A program made the translations under genes and the position numbers. Below are positions 28,520 through 38,280 of a DNA stretch of 41,351 nt, one piece after another. The notes beneath the pieces were generated by a model. It had not been told where the DNA came from and searched no databases. It was given only the letters and a program-made list of their open reading frames with translations. Source of the DNA: a virus (taxonomy: Duplodnaviria > Heunggongvirae > Uroviricota > Caudoviricetes). The stretch's first letter is position 1. Each line of letters starts with the position of its first letter. The stretch is from the IMG/VR virus record IMGVR_UViG_2711768015_000005; one strand, written 5' to 3'.

Positions 28520-29627
28520 ACTGTATATCGGTGGCAGTATTTTTTCCGGCTGGCTGACGGTCAGCGTCCGTCGCTCGCTGGAGCATCTGGCCGGGTCGTT
28601 TGAACTGGGGCTGATGCTGCCCGGTGAGCGCATCCCCTCAGCCCTGCGAACCGGTCAGTCCCTGACGCTCAGAATTAACGGGCAGACGGTCATCAGTGGC
28701 TGGCTGGATCAGGTCAGTCAGCGGATCAGTGCAACCCGTCATCAGATCAGCATCAGCGGTCGGGATAAAACCGGCGACCTGGTGGACTGTGCCGCCATCC
28801 ATCCCGGCAGCCAGTGGCGCAACCGGACGCTGGCACAGATTGCCGCAGATTTATGTGCGCCCTTCGGGATAGCCGTGCGCTGGCAGGTTAACGACGACAC
28901 GGCTGCACGCCCCTTCAGCTCTTTTACGCTGGAAAACTCAGAAACCGTGGCGGATGCGCTGACCCGTGCTGCCCGGCATCGCGGGGTGCTGGTGACCAGT
29001 AATGCTGACGGCGATCTGGTGTTCACCCAGGCAGGAAGCCAGCAGACGGACAGACTGGTGCTGGGAGATAACCTGCTTGATGCCGATTACAACACGGACT
29101 GGCGAGGACGATACAGCGAATACCGTGTCCGGGGACACGGGCGCGGTGGTGGCAAACGGGGAGACAGCGAATCCGCCGCCCGTCTGGCAGCACCTGTGGG
29201 CGTCATCAGTGATGAGCAGATCGGCCGCTACCGGTCGAAAATCATCCTCGCCGATCAACAGACAGACACCACCGGTGCACGGCAGCGTGCCCTGCGTGAA
29301 ATGCGCCGTGCGATTGCCCGTTCAGAACGGTTTTCTGCCACCGTGCGTGGCTGGTTCCGGGATGATGGCCGGTTATGGGATGTCAATCTGCTGACCGGTG
29401 TTTCAGCCCTGCGTTTCGGTATAGAACAGACTGAACTGCTGGTCTGTCAGGTGGAGTTTTTACTTGATGAACATAACGGGGAAGTCACCCGGCTGGTACT
29501 GGCACCGCGTGACGGCTTTATCGTTCCGGCAGAGCCGGACAGTAAGGGCCGGGGTGGTTCCGGTGACGATGTTGATGCCTTTATTCGCCAGCAGATGAAA
29601 AAACAGGGGATCAGCTTTGATGAATGA
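28503..29627 (+). CDS. Tail/baseplate hub protein (Mu P-like, P2 gpD-like)
   Basis: 374 aa, position as Mu P. Confidence 0.7.
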   Translation: MSSRIELYIGGSIFSGWLTVSVRRSLEHLAGSFELGLMLPGERIPSALRTGQSLTLRINGQTVISGWLDQVSQRISATRHQISISGRDKTGDLVDCAAIHPGSQWRNRTLAQIAADLCAPFGIAVRWQVNDDTAARPFSSFTLENSETVADALTRAARHRGVLVTSNADGDLVFTQAGSQQTDRLVLGDNLLDADYNTDWRGRYSEYRVRGHGRGGGKRGDSESAARLAAPVGVISDEQIGRYRSKIILADQQTDTTGARQRALREMRRAIARSERFSATVRGWFRDDGRLWDVNLLTGVSALRFGIEQTELLVCQVEFLLDEHNGEVTRLVLAPRDGFIVPAEPDSKGRGGSGDDVDAFIRQQMKKQGISFDE

Positions 29628-30231
29628 TGAAGTGTTCAGCCGCCTGATTGCCCCGGTAACGCGCGGTATTCGCCTGTTGTTTGGCCGGGGCGTTCTGACC
29701 GGCACACATGACGAACTGAAAATGCAGAATGTGCAGCTCACCGGCATGGACGGCGAAACCTTTGATGATGTGGAGCGTCCCCAGCAGTACGGGCAGATCA
29801 GCGTTCCCCTGCCGGGTGCGGAAACCTTTTTTGCCTGTCTGGGCGGACAGCGGGATCAGACTGTGGTGCTTGTGGTGGAAGACCGGCGCAGCCGCCCGAC
29901 CGGACTCACAGCCGGAGATACGGGGGTGTATCACCATGAGGGGCACCGGATACGGTTAACAAAGGATGGTCGCATTATTGTGACATGCAAAATGCTGGAG
30001 ATTTACGCCGATGAGGGGATGCGGGTGGATACGCCGGAGGCCACCTTTACGGGCAATGTGACGGTGGATAAAAACCTGCATGTTAAGGGTAATTTCGTGC
30101 TTGATGGTACAGGTAAATCAGACGGGCTGTTCACGATGTCTGATGCCGTTATTGCCGGGATCACCTATTCCGGCCATGTGCATCAGGATAACGGCAAAGG
30201 CAGTAAGACAGGAGCGCCGGAGAATGGCTGA
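29617..30231 (+). CDS. Baseplate assembly protein V (central spike)
   Basis: 204 aa; GPV-like region; position in baseplate cluster. Confidence 0.7.
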   Translation: MMNDEVFSRLIAPVTRGIRLLFGRGVLTGTHDELKMQNVQLTGMDGETFDDVERPQQYGQISVPLPGAETFFACLGGQRDQTVVLVVEDRRSRPTGLTAGDTGVYHHEGHRIRLTKDGRIIVTCKMLEIYADEGMRVDTPEATFTGNVTVDKNLHVKGNFVLDGTGKSDGLFTMSDAVIAGITYSGHVHQDNGKGSKTGAPENG

Positions 30232-30661
30232 TATTGCAATTGTATGGGATCAGGGGTGCGGTTCGCTGCAACTGAACGGTGCCGACTTGCTGACGGATGA
30301 CAGTCTGCTGACGGCCGTTCTGATTTCGCTGTTTACTGACCGCCGGGCGCTGGCATCGGATGAAATCCCTGACGGTACGCGCGACCGCCGGGGATGGTGG
30401 GGAGACAGTTTTCGCCCGCGCCCCATTGGCTCCCGTCTGTGGCTTCTCAGCCGGGAAAAAACGCTGGCCTCGGTGATAAGCCGTGCCCGTGCTTACGCGG
30501 ATGAGGCGCTGGGCTGGCTCAGTCAGGATGGCGTGGCGTCATCCGTGGTCTGTCATGCAGAACGTGTGGGACACGCGCGGCTGGCGCTTTCGGTGCGCAT
30601 AACCCTGCCTGATGGTTCAGTGAGGCCCATGATTTTTTATGCTGATCTTAAGGGGGAGTAA
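30224..30661 (+). CDS. Baseplate protein (gpW/gp25-like, Mu gp46 position)
   Basis: 145 aa from ATG 30224 (MADIAIVWDQG...), overlapping V stop. Confidence 0.65.
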   Translation: MADIAIVWDQGCGSLQLNGADLLTDDSLLTAVLISLFTDRRALASDEIPDGTRDRRGWWGDSFRPRPIGSRLWLLSREKTLASVISRARAYADEALGWLSQDGVASSVVCHAERVGHARLALSVRITLPDGSVRPMIFYADLKGE

Positions 30662-31743
30662 TGCCTTATCAGCCTTTACCGCTGGCACAGTTAATCACGC
30701 AGACACAGCAGGATATCAGCCAGCGCCTGCCCGGCTCGCAGCCGGGTGTGAATGAAACCACCCTGAATGCCATTGCTTACGCTCAGGCAGGGTTATCTGC
30801 TCAGGAGCATGAGCATCTGGCCTGGATTGCGCGTCAGATCATCCCGACCGAAGCCGATGAAGCCGAACTGCTGAAACACTGTGCATTCTGGGGCGTCATG
30901 CGTAAGCCTGCCTCTCGGGGGGACGGGCCGGTTCAGCTGATGCTGACCACGGATGCGGGGATCAAGGAAGGTGTGCTTCTCCAGCGAAGTGATGGCGTGG
31001 TTTACCGTATCACCACCTCCCTGACCGGTAAGGCCGGTACGCTGAATGTCAGTGTGGAAGCCGAAAGTGCCGGTCGTGCGGGGAATGCCCCGGCAGGGAC
31101 AAAACTGACATTTATCACACCGCAGGCGGGGATCAACCAGACGGCCACGGTGACCGGAACGGGGATCACCGGTGGTGCGGATGTGGAAACCGTGCCGGAG
31201 CTGCTTTCCCGTCTGGTTTTCCGGGTGCAGAATCCACCGTCCGGCGGCACGCAGTATGATTTTGAACGCTGGGCGCGTGAAGTGCCGGGCGTGACGCGGG
31301 CATGGTGCCGCCCGGAATGGCCGCAGGCGGGCAGCGTGGGGGTAACGTTTGTTCAGGATAATAACCCGGATATTTTCCCCGGTGACGGTGATGTTCAGCG
31401 GGTGGCGGATTATATCCGCAGTCATGATGATCCGGCGACCGGCCAGCCTGTCGGACAGCCTCTGGGGCCGACGGTGACCGTGTTTAAACTGACCAATAAG
31501 CCGGTGCCCTTCAGCATCAGGATCATCCCGAAAACACCGGAGAATCAGGCGGCCGTAAAACAGGCGCTGACCGACCTGTTGTATAACGAATCCCGGCCCG
31601 GCGGTCTGGTTCTGCCGTCGTCTTTCTGGCGGGCGGTGGCAGGGGTGAAAAATCTGGAGGATTTTGAAGTGCGCAGTCCGCTGACGTCAGTTCAGGCGGG
31701 AGACAGTGAGCTGCTGACGGTAGGAGAAATCACATGGCTGTAA
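30661..31743 (+). CDS. Baseplate J-like protein (Mu gp47 position)
   Basis: 360 aa in baseplate cluster. Confidence 0.75.
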   Translation: MPYQPLPLAQLITQTQQDISQRLPGSQPGVNETTLNAIAYAQAGLSAQEHEHLAWIARQIIPTEADEAELLKHCAFWGVMRKPASRGDGPVQLMLTTDAGIKEGVLLQRSDGVVYRITTSLTGKAGTLNVSVEAESAGRAGNAPAGTKLTFITPQAGINQTATVTGTGITGGADVETVPELLSRLVFRVQNPPSGGTQYDFERWAREVPGVTRAWCRPEWPQAGSVGVTFVQDNNPDIFPGDGDVQRVADYIRSHDDPATGQPVGQPLGPTVTVFKLTNKPVPFSIRIIPKTPENQAAVKQALTDLLYNESRPGGLVLPSSFWRAVAGVKNLEDFEVRSPLTSVQAGDSELLTVGEITWL

Positions 31744-32294
31744 CCCTGACCCCGCATCAGCGCGCCCTGTTGCAGTTACTGCCTGACGGGCTGGCATGGG
31801 ACAAGCGTCCGTCATCCGTACTGGCATCATTATGTCTGGGCCTCAGTCATTCGACAGCGCGTGTATCCTGGACGGGTAAACAGCTGCTTGCCGAGCGTTT
31901 CCCTGACACGTCGCGCCTGCTGCTGGAAGACTGGGAGCGTTATCTCGGGCTTCCCGAGTGTGATATGGCCGGAGCCACCCTCACGGAGCGACAGCGTTAT
32001 GCCGGAAATAAATACCGGATGAAGCCCTCGCTGAACCGTGAATTTTATATCCGGTTTGCGGCGGAGTTTGGTTATCAGATTGACATTCAGCCCTCACCGG
32101 ATTCGCAGTGGGTCAGTATTGTCACGATTAACAGTGAAACCGGCTACCGGAATATGAATGTGCTGGATGATATTCTCACGCCGCTGCGTATTTATGAAGG
32201 CGGTGCGCTGGAATGTATTCTGAACCGTTATAAGCCTGCATGGCAGACGTTTATTTACGTTTATGCAAACAGCCATGAAGAGGAGACTATTTAA
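31734..32294 (+). CDS. Tail protein (Mu gp48-like, DUF2313-type)
   Basis: 186 aa directly upstream of the tail fibre gene. Confidence 0.65.
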   Translation: MAVTLTPHQRALLQLLPDGLAWDKRPSSVLASLCLGLSHSTARVSWTGKQLLAERFPDTSRLLLEDWERYLGLPECDMAGATLTERQRYAGNKYRMKPSLNREFYIRFAAEFGYQIDIQPSPDSQWVSIVTINSETGYRNMNVLDDILTPLRIYEGGALECILNRYKPAWQTFIYVYANSHEEETI

Positions 32295-33175
32295 TGTTTC
32301 ATGTTGATAATAATTCCGGCGTGGCGAATATGCCTGCGCTGGCACCGGCGCAGAGTAATACCACCACCTGGTTTACCGAAGGTGACGGACAAAAAGGTAT
32401 CAGCTGGATTGGTCAGGACTGGCTGAATATTCTCCAGGCCGAACTGCTGAATATTCTGGCTGAAGCCAGTATTCAGCCGGATAAGGCGCAGTTAAACCAG
32501 CTTACGCTGTCCATTAAAGCCATTATCGCTGCGAATGCCTTTTCCCGGAAAAATAACCTGAAAGAAATTGCTGATGCCGGTGCGGAGGCCCAGCGTCTGG
32601 CCCGTGGTTATCTTGGTCTGGGGACGCTTGCCACAAAAAACAGTCTTGGTCCCGCTGACGTTAATGCCCTGGCGAAGGATCAGAATCTCGCCGACCTGGA
32701 GAATAAGGGAACCGCCCGTAATAATCTGGATGTTTACAGCAAAAGCGAAGGTGATAACCGTTACCTGCGCAGGGAGCAGAACGGCGCAGACATTCCGGAT
32801 AAAGGGGCTTTTATCGATAACGTCGGTTTACGGGAAACGGTAAACAGGGCGGCGAATGCCCTGCCATCGGACGGCACCGCCGTTGCCGCGAACAGGCTGG
32901 CAAATGCCCACACAATTAATGGTGTTCCCTTTGACGGGACGCAGGATATCACTATCTCATCAGGAACAGTAACCGCCATAAGACTGGGGTCGGTGACCGC
33001 ACATATGCCCGGAACATGGGAAAGCTGGGATCTGAATCTGGGGGGCGGCAATGTTCTTACCGGAATTAAAGTACAGGATGTCGGTAAGAATACGGCAGAT
33101 AACGTCGGCGGCGTGTATTACCGGCCGTTGCAGTATCTGTTAAATGGAGCATGGGTGACGGCTGCAAGTATATAA
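32294..33175 (+). CDS. Tail fibre protein S: constant N-terminal part plus currently joined variable C-terminus
   Basis: 293 aa; crosses the left gix-like site at 32810-32835; residues after GLRETVNR... differ from the inverted cassette. Confidence 0.8.
   Translation: MFHVDNNSGVANMPALAPAQSNTTTWFTEGDGQKGISWIGQDWLNILQAELLNILAEASIQPDKAQLNQLTLSIKAIIAANAFSRKNNLKEIADAGAEAQRLARGYLGLGTLATKNSLGPADVNALAKDQNLADLENKGTARNNLDVYSKSEGDNRYLRREQNGADIPDKGAFIDNVGLRETVNRAANALPSDGTAVAANRLANAHTINGVPFDGTQDITISSGTVTAIRLGSVTAHMPGTWESWDLNLGGGNVLTGIKVQDVGKNTADNVGGVYYRPLQYLLNGAWVTAASI
32810..32835 (+). promoter_or_regulatory. Left gix/hix-like invertase crossover site inside the tail fibre gene
   Basis: TTATCGATAACG-TC-GGTTTACGGGAA; resembles Gin/Hin recombination sites (AAAACC..GGTTT half-sites around a central dinucleotide). 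Confidence 0.65.
32825..32892 (+). repeat. Left inverted repeat of the invertible tail-fibre segment (68 bp)
   Basis: Reverse complement of 34073-34139 with one mismatch. Confidence 0.85.
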
Positions 33176-33184
33176 TGATATTCA

Positions 33185-33208
33185 GAAGGCCTTCCGGCCT
33201 TCTTTATT
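33185..33208. terminator. Hairpin terminator between convergent S and tail-fibre assembly genes
   Basis: GAAGGCC-ttcc-GGCCTTC followed by TTTATT. Confidence 0.6.
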
Positions 33209-33728
33209 ACTGTGGCTGCTCAGGCCATTTAATGGCGTTAAATTCAGCTTCTGTTTTAATGGCGGGTAGTTCCATTTTCTTCACCTGACTGATGTATGCC
33301 ATCCATTGGGTAAGTGCTGCTCTGTCTTCATCGCTGATGGTGCCCAGTTGTAGCTCCGTTCTCCAGTCATTAATTTTTTCATATGCCTGATTAAGATATG
33401 ACTGGCGCATTGCTTCCAGTTTTCTTGCGTAGTTAACCGGAATACGGGAGATTATGCCATTATCAAACTTCCAGTTTCCTGAAATATCCGTGCCTTCAGG
33501 GAGTTCATCGACCTCAACCACAGAAAACCCCGCAGGATACAGCGCCGAGGCGTCCTGTGATATTGAGCAGATAACGCCGCTGTCAGGTGTTATGCAAAGT
33601 TTATATTTTTTGGTGAATAATGGCAGGGATTCGTAGAAATCCTTACCATCTTCACTCTGGAAATACTGAACATTATTACCATATGGCATATTTTCAGGAT
33701 AATAACGGGTTATATTTTTTAGTTCCAT
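33207..33728 (-). CDS. Tail fibre assembly protein (Tfa/U-like) in the inverted cassette
   Basis: 173 aa minus-strand ORF directly downstream (on the minus strand) of the alternative fibre C-terminus. Confidence 0.75.
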   Translation of the reverse strand: MELKNITRYYPENMPYGNNVQYFQSEDGKDFYESLPLFTKKYKLCITPDSGVICSISQDASALYPAGFSVVEVDELPEGTDISGNWKFDNGIISRIPVNYARKLEAMRQSYLNQAYEKINDWRTELQLGTISDEDRAALTQWMAYISQVKKMELPAIKTEAEFNAIKWPEQPQ

Positions 33729-33779
33729 AAAATCCTCCTGGAAATAAATCTGTTTTAAAATATATTATTTACTGACTAT

Positions 33780-34145
33780 TTATAACTGAGATACCGTAAT
33801 CCATGTACCTCCGACTAATTTTTGCAGGGGTCTGAATGCTATAAAATCGTTTGAAGCATCAACTTTACTGTCAATCTGCAGGCCTGCCATAACATTACCG
33901 TACGCAGAGTAATATGCCCCACCGTACATTACCTGCCTGTTCTCTGCTCCCAGCCTGATATCCTGGATATATCGGGAATCCGCATCCTGCTGTGTTATAC
34001 CAGAAGTGATGTTTATGTCCTGCGTCCCGTCAAAGGGAACCCCATTAATATTTCTTGGGGTGGCGAGTCTATTCGCGGCAACGGCGGTGCCGTCCGATGG
34101 CAGAGCATTCGCCGCCCTGTTTACCGTTTCCCGTAAACCGAGGTT
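33780..34145 (-). other. Alternative tail-fibre variable C-terminal cassette, inverted and without its own start codon
   Basis: Minus-strand frame open from 34145 encodes [49 protein letters not shown]...GGTWITVSQL*; first ~22 aa identical to S at the repeat, then divergent. Confidence 0.75.
34073..34139 (-). repeat. Right inverted repeat of the invertible segment
   Basis: Reverse complement matches 32825-32892. Confidence 0.85.
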
Positions 34146-34153
34146 TTCAGGAA
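34128..34153 (-). promoter_or_regulatory. Right gix/hix-like crossover site
   Basis: Minus strand reads TTCCTGAAAACC-TC-GGTTTACGGGAA. Confidence 0.65.
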
Positions 34154-34218
34154 AGCCAGGATTAACTCTGTTTTATTCCTCATGCGACAATTCCGGCTTT
34201 TTATAATAAGGAAATCGT

Positions 34219-34847
34219 ATGCTGATTGGGTATATCAGGGTGTCAACAAATGACCAGAATACGGCGCTACAAAGAAATGNNNNNNNNNNNNNNNNNNNNN
34301 NNNNNNNNNNNNNNNNNNNNNNNNNNNNNNNNNNNNNNNNNNNNNNNNNNNNNNNNNGCTGTTTTTCGAAGACAGAATAAGCGGTAAGACAAGGGAGCGT
34401 CCCGGACTTAAACGCGCATTAAAGCGACTCCGGCCAGGGGATACCCTGCTGGTCTGGAAACTGGATCGCCTTGGACGCAGTATGCAGCACCTTGTCCTTT
34501 TAACAGAAGAACTCCGGCAACGCGGCGTTAACTTCCGCAGCATTACGGACAATATTGATACATCCACTCCCATGGGACGTTTCTTTTTCCATATAATGGG
34601 CGCGCTGGCGGAAATGGAGCGGGAACTCATTATTGAACGTACACGCGCGGGTCTTGCTGCTGCCCGTGCTCAGGGGCGTCATGGCGGCAGACCTCAGAAA
34701 CTGACAGAGAAAGAGCGGGAGCAAATCGCCCGTTTGCTGGCTAATGGCGAGTCCCGTAAACAAATCGCACTGATATTTGATATTGGCCTTTCCACCCTTT
34801 ATCGTTATTTTCCTGCCTCACCAGCTCCGTCACCAAAAGTACCGTGA
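34219..34847 (+). CDS. gin: Gin/Hin/Pin/Cin-family serine DNA invertase, interrupted by an assembly gap (Ns at 34280-34357)
   Basis: MLIGYIRVSTNDQNTALQRN...[gap]...LFFEDRISGKTRERPGLKRALKRLRPGDTLLVWKLDRLGRSMQHL...GRFFFHIMGALAEMERELIIERT closely parallels Mu Gin; the N-run changes the reading frame, so its length is not the real gap. Confidence 0.9.
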
Positions 34848-34932
34848 CGCTTTTTTGAATTTCCGCAAAACACATATTTTTCAGCGGTCGCTATTCTGAC
34901 TCTGTTTAATTCAGAAACAGGCAGAAAAGACG

Positions 34933-36987
34933 ATGTCAGACTCCAAGTGGAAAATGCTCTCCGCCATGCCCGGAGAGTTTTCAGTCAAGGTTGCCGGTGG
35001 CACGGTGGCATTTATTGAAAGCCCTTTCCGCCCTTCGGGTAATAAAGGGGGGATCACCTTCGCAGACTGCGTGATCCGCTTCAGCACGAAAGAGCCATTA
35101 TGGGTAATGCCGGTATCCGGTAATCCCAGTGCAGAAATCACCAGTTCAGGCGTGACTGGCATCATTCCAATCACATCTGACGTGGCCGGAACGCTCACGC
35201 CCTCCGACTGGAATGCACCGGATAACGCCGGGCCTTCCGGTAGCACGAATGGCAGCAGTTCAGAGCCGGAATATTACTTTGTTGTCATTCTCGCGGGTCA
35301 GTCAAATGGCATGGCCTACGGCGAGGGGCTGCCGTTACCGGATTCGTTTGACCGCCCGGACCCACGCATTAAGCAACTGGCACGCCGCAGTACGGTAACG
35401 CCCAACGGTACGTCGTGTACATACAACGACATCATTCCGGCAGACCACTGCCTGCATGATGTTCAGGATATGAGCGGGATAAACCACCCGAAAGCTGATC
35501 TGGCAAAAGGCCAGTACGGGACTGTCGGTCAGGGGTTGCATATTGCCAAAAAACTGCTTCCCTATATCCCACAGAATGCCGGGATACTTCTGGTGCCCTG
35601 TTGTCGTGGCGGGTCAGCATTCACCACTGGAGCCGACGGCTCATTCAGTGAGGCCAGCGGTGCTTCCGCTGATTCTTCACGCTGGGGGGCCGGTAAACCT
35701 CTGTATCAGGACCTGGTAAGCCGCACCAAAGTCGCGCTGGCGAAAAACCCGAAAAACAAACTTCTGGCTGTGGTCTGGATGCAGGGAGAGGCAGACCTTG
35801 CCTCAGGAAGCCAGCAGCATAATAGTTTATTCACGGCCATGGTTCAGCAGTTCAGAACTGACCTGGCTCCGCTTGCTGCGCAGTGCGTGAGTGGAAATGC
35901 CACCACGGTGCCGTGGATTTGCGGTGATACCACGTATTACTGGAAAAACGCTGGCACCGATAAATATGAGGCAGTATACGGTGGCTACAAAGGCAAGGAA
36001 GCACAGAAAATTTTCTTTGTACCGTTCCTGACGGATGAGAATGGACAGAGCACGCCAACGAATGCTCCGGCGGAAGACCCGGATATTGTGGCTGTCGGGT
36101 ATTACGGTGCAGCATCCCGAACCCAGGGCAGTTTTGTTTCGACACAGCGTGACAGCCATTTCAGCTCATGGGCACGCAGGGGCGTCATTTCAGACCGTCT
36201 GGCCTCAGCTATTATGCTCCATGCAGGGCGCACGGCTGAACTGATGCGTGGGCAGACCGTGACACCACCGGATGAGAAGCCGTCACCTGATACACCATCA
36301 AAACCGTCCACGCCACCCGCAGACACCACGACGATGAGTACGCTATTTGCTTACCGGGCATCTGAGTCTGAAGGACGGTTGACACCACAGGGTTGGGCTG
36401 CCGGAGGTGGCAAGGCTCAAATCGTGGATGATGCCGGAGCCAGCGGGGGTAAGGCAATGAAACTGACCAAGGAAACAGGAAGAGCCCCCTGGTACCTTGA
36501 GCATGATGCTGGTAATGGTGCGGACCTGCTGGGTAAAGGTGGTCTTGTCAGTTGTCGTTTTAAACTCGATGGCGCGCTTACGGCTAATCAGTACGCACTG
36601 GCGCTGTACTGGCCGGTTTCTGCCCTGCCGCAAGGGGTTACTCTGGAAGGAAATGCCGGTCATAACCTGCTGGCATCGTTCTACGTACAGAGCGATGCCA
36701 CAGACCTTAACGTGATGTATCACAAAGGAAACACGGCGCAGAACACGAAGCTGGGGTCATTCGGCGCATTTAATAACGAATGGCATACGCTGGGCTTCCG
36801 TTTTGCCGGTAACAACAGTATTGAGGTGACGCCGGTCATTGATGGTAAGGACGGGACACCATTCATGCTGTCGCAGTCTCCGGTCGGCACGTTTACGGCA
36901 GACAAGTTGCGCGTGACCGATATCACTAAAAATGCGACTTACCCGGTACTGATTGACAGTATCGTGGTGGAAGTGAATAACGCGTAA
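34933..36987 (+). CDS. Cargo protein: SGNH/sialate-O-acetylesterase-like domain, Pro/Thr-rich linker, lectin-like C-terminal domain
   Basis: 684 aa; esterase-type GQSN motif in VVILAGQSNGMAYGEG; linker PPDEKPSPDTPSKPSTPPADTTT; ~210-aa C-terminal domain; no signal peptide; located where Mu carries only com-mom. Confidence 0.55.
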   Translation: MSDSKWKMLSAMPGEFSVKVAGGTVAFIESPFRPSGNKGGITFADCVIRFSTKEPLWVMPVSGNPSAEITSSGVTGIIPITSDVAGTLTPSDWNAPDNAGPSGSTNGSSSEPEYYFVVILAGQSNGMAYGEGLPLPDSFDRPDPRIKQLARRSTVTPNGTSCTYNDIIPADHCLHDVQDMSGINHPKADLAKGQYGTVGQGLHIAKKLLPYIPQNAGILLVPCCRGGSAFTTGADGSFSEASGASADSSRWGAGKPLYQDLVSRTKVALAKNPKNKLLAVVWMQGEADLASGSQQHNSLFTAMVQQFRTDLAPLAAQCVSGNATTVPWICGDTTYYWKNAGTDKYEAVYGGYKGKEAQKIFFVPFLTDENGQSTPTNAPAEDPDIVAVGYYGAASRTQGSFVSTQRDSHFSSWARRGVISDRLASAIMLHAGRTAELMRGQTVTPPDEKPSPDTPSKPSTPPADTTTMSTLFAYRASESEGRLTPQGWAAGGGKAQIVDDAGASGGKAMKLTKETGRAPWYLEHDAGNGADLLGKGGLVSCRFKLDGALTANQYALALYWPVSALPQGVTLEGNAGHNLLASFYVQSDATDLNVMYHKGNTAQNTKLGSFGAFNNEWHTLGFRFAGNNSIEVTPVIDGKDGTPFMLSQSPVGTFTADKLRVTDITKNATYPVLIDSIVVEVNNA

Positions 36988-37002
36988 GCAGGATAAAAAA
37001 AT

Positions 37003-37035
37003 GCCGCCGGTAAGGGAAAACAAGAAACCGGCGGC
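37003..37035. terminator. Terminator-like hairpin after the esterase gene
   Basis: GCCGCCGGT-(15 nt)-ACCGGCGGC flanked by A-runs on the + strand, so T-runs on the minus strand. Confidence 0.45.
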
Positions 37036-37131
37036 AAAAAGATCGTTATATCCAAAGCAAAAAATGCAGTGCACCTTTTTACCTAACAGATATTACCGGT
37101 GTCAACACCATGTCAATAATTGGGAGGGATA

Positions 37132-37314
37132 ATGACATTTTTACAGCTTATTTTATTGTATTTCTGCACGGCAGTATGTGCGTTATATCTGGTGAGTGGT
37201 GGTTATAAGGCCATCAGAAATTATGTTCGCCGCAAAATTGAGGACGCAGCAGCTGAAAAACTCAGTAAAACAGCGCAGGTAACTCCGCTCCCAAAAGACC
37301 CGACCCAGCCCTGA
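37132..37314 (+). CDS. Small single-pass membrane protein
   Basis: 60 aa from ATG 37132 with GGGAGGG SD; TM helix FLQLILLYFCTAVCALYLVSGG then basic tail. Confidence 0.45.
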   Translation: MTFLQLILLYFCTAVCALYLVSGGYKAIRNYVRRKIEDAAAEKLSKTAQVTPLPKDPTQP

Positions 37315-37349
37315 TTGCAGGGCTTTATTCCCGCATAAGGAGGATATAC

Positions 37350-37604
37350 ATGCCAGAAATTAAAGGCACCGTCACTGAAGACCTGGTAAAACAGGCACTG
37401 TATTCCGGTGAAGTAAATAAGTTGCTGAAAGCGCAGGTCCGCAAGGATTTTGAGGCACAAATCGACACTTACGTTGATGAAGTGCTGGCAAAACTTATTG
37501 GGCCAGCAGTTGCGGCCAGTGATGCTGATAATGAGCCGAAAACCGACGCGCAGCCAGAGCAACCAGACCCGGCTCAGCCCGGAACTGACAGTACCATGAT
37601 GTAA
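37350..37604 (+). CDS. Small acidic protein
   Basis: 84 aa with strong SD AAGGAGG 8 nt upstream; acidic Pro/Gln-rich C-terminus. Confidence 0.5.
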   Translation: MPEIKGTVTEDLVKQALYSGEVNKLLKAQVRKDFEAQIDTYVDEVLAKLIGPAVAASDADNEPKTDAQPEQPDPAQPGTDSTMM

Positions 37605-37771
37605 CAATACAAACCGGTGGTGTCCTCTGCCGGTTTGACACTAATGAAAACATCTTTGCCGCTATCCAGCCATATGTAATCGCTGGATAGTATTTCGTAT
37701 TCAGAAATATAGCTGCTTATGGAGCAGTCAATCCTGCTTCCCCATCCGGGCAGGCAAATGAACCGGTATCA

Positions 37772-38065
37772 TTAGTCCGATTCACGCTTTTGTAGAATCG
37801 TTCCCAGAATGCTATACAGCTCATTAGCCTGTTGCTCCATCATTGAGACGGAGGCTATACGGTGCAAAGTGATTTCAGGAGGTGGCACACCTCCATCTTC
37901 TTGCTGTGGAGGAAAAACATAAGATTTAATAAAAAAGTTGAAGCATATGAACTCTCCCGCACTCGAACTGTATTTGCAGGCATCTGAATAATCGGAAAAA
38001 TAATCATTATAGATTTCCGCATTTTCAATCATTTTTCGATTTCTCGTCGTTACATGATTGTCCAT
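37772..38065 (-). CDS. Hypothetical protein, divergent from com-mom, in an AT-rich segment
   Basis: 97 aa minus-strand ORF with AAGAGG SD 6 nt upstream of ATG. Confidence 0.45.
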   Translation of the reverse strand: MDNHVTTRNRKMIENAEIYNDYFSDYSDACKYSSSAGEFICFNFFIKSYVFPPQQEDGGVPPPEITLHRIASVSMMEQQANELYSILGTILQKRESD

Positions 38066-38249
38066 AGCAGCCTCTTACGCTGGCAATTAACCAATTGACT
38101 TCTATAAATTAGTTGATTTGTTTGCTTTGCGGTATTCAAATGTACAATCATTCAGCACTTATGCGTTACAGCACCGTTTAAAATTAGTGATCAAACTCAT
38201 AAATTTTCGCTAATGACATTTCGTGTTATTTGTTGTATCAATTAAATAA

Positions 38250-38280
38250 ATCAAATCGATCGTTTTTGTCGATCGATTGA
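38250..38280. promoter_or_regulatory. GATC-containing palindrome upstream of com-mom
   Basis: AATCGATCG-TTTTTGT-CGATCGATT, a perfect inverted repeat carrying two GATC sites (38258-38261, 38271-38274). Confidence 0.5.

Noticed and set aside
34280-34357. Run of N bases inside the invertase gene
   Set aside because: An assembly gap rather than biology: the flanking sequence is one continuous Gin-like reading frame and the N-run length breaks the frame, so it is treated as a placeholder of unknown true length.
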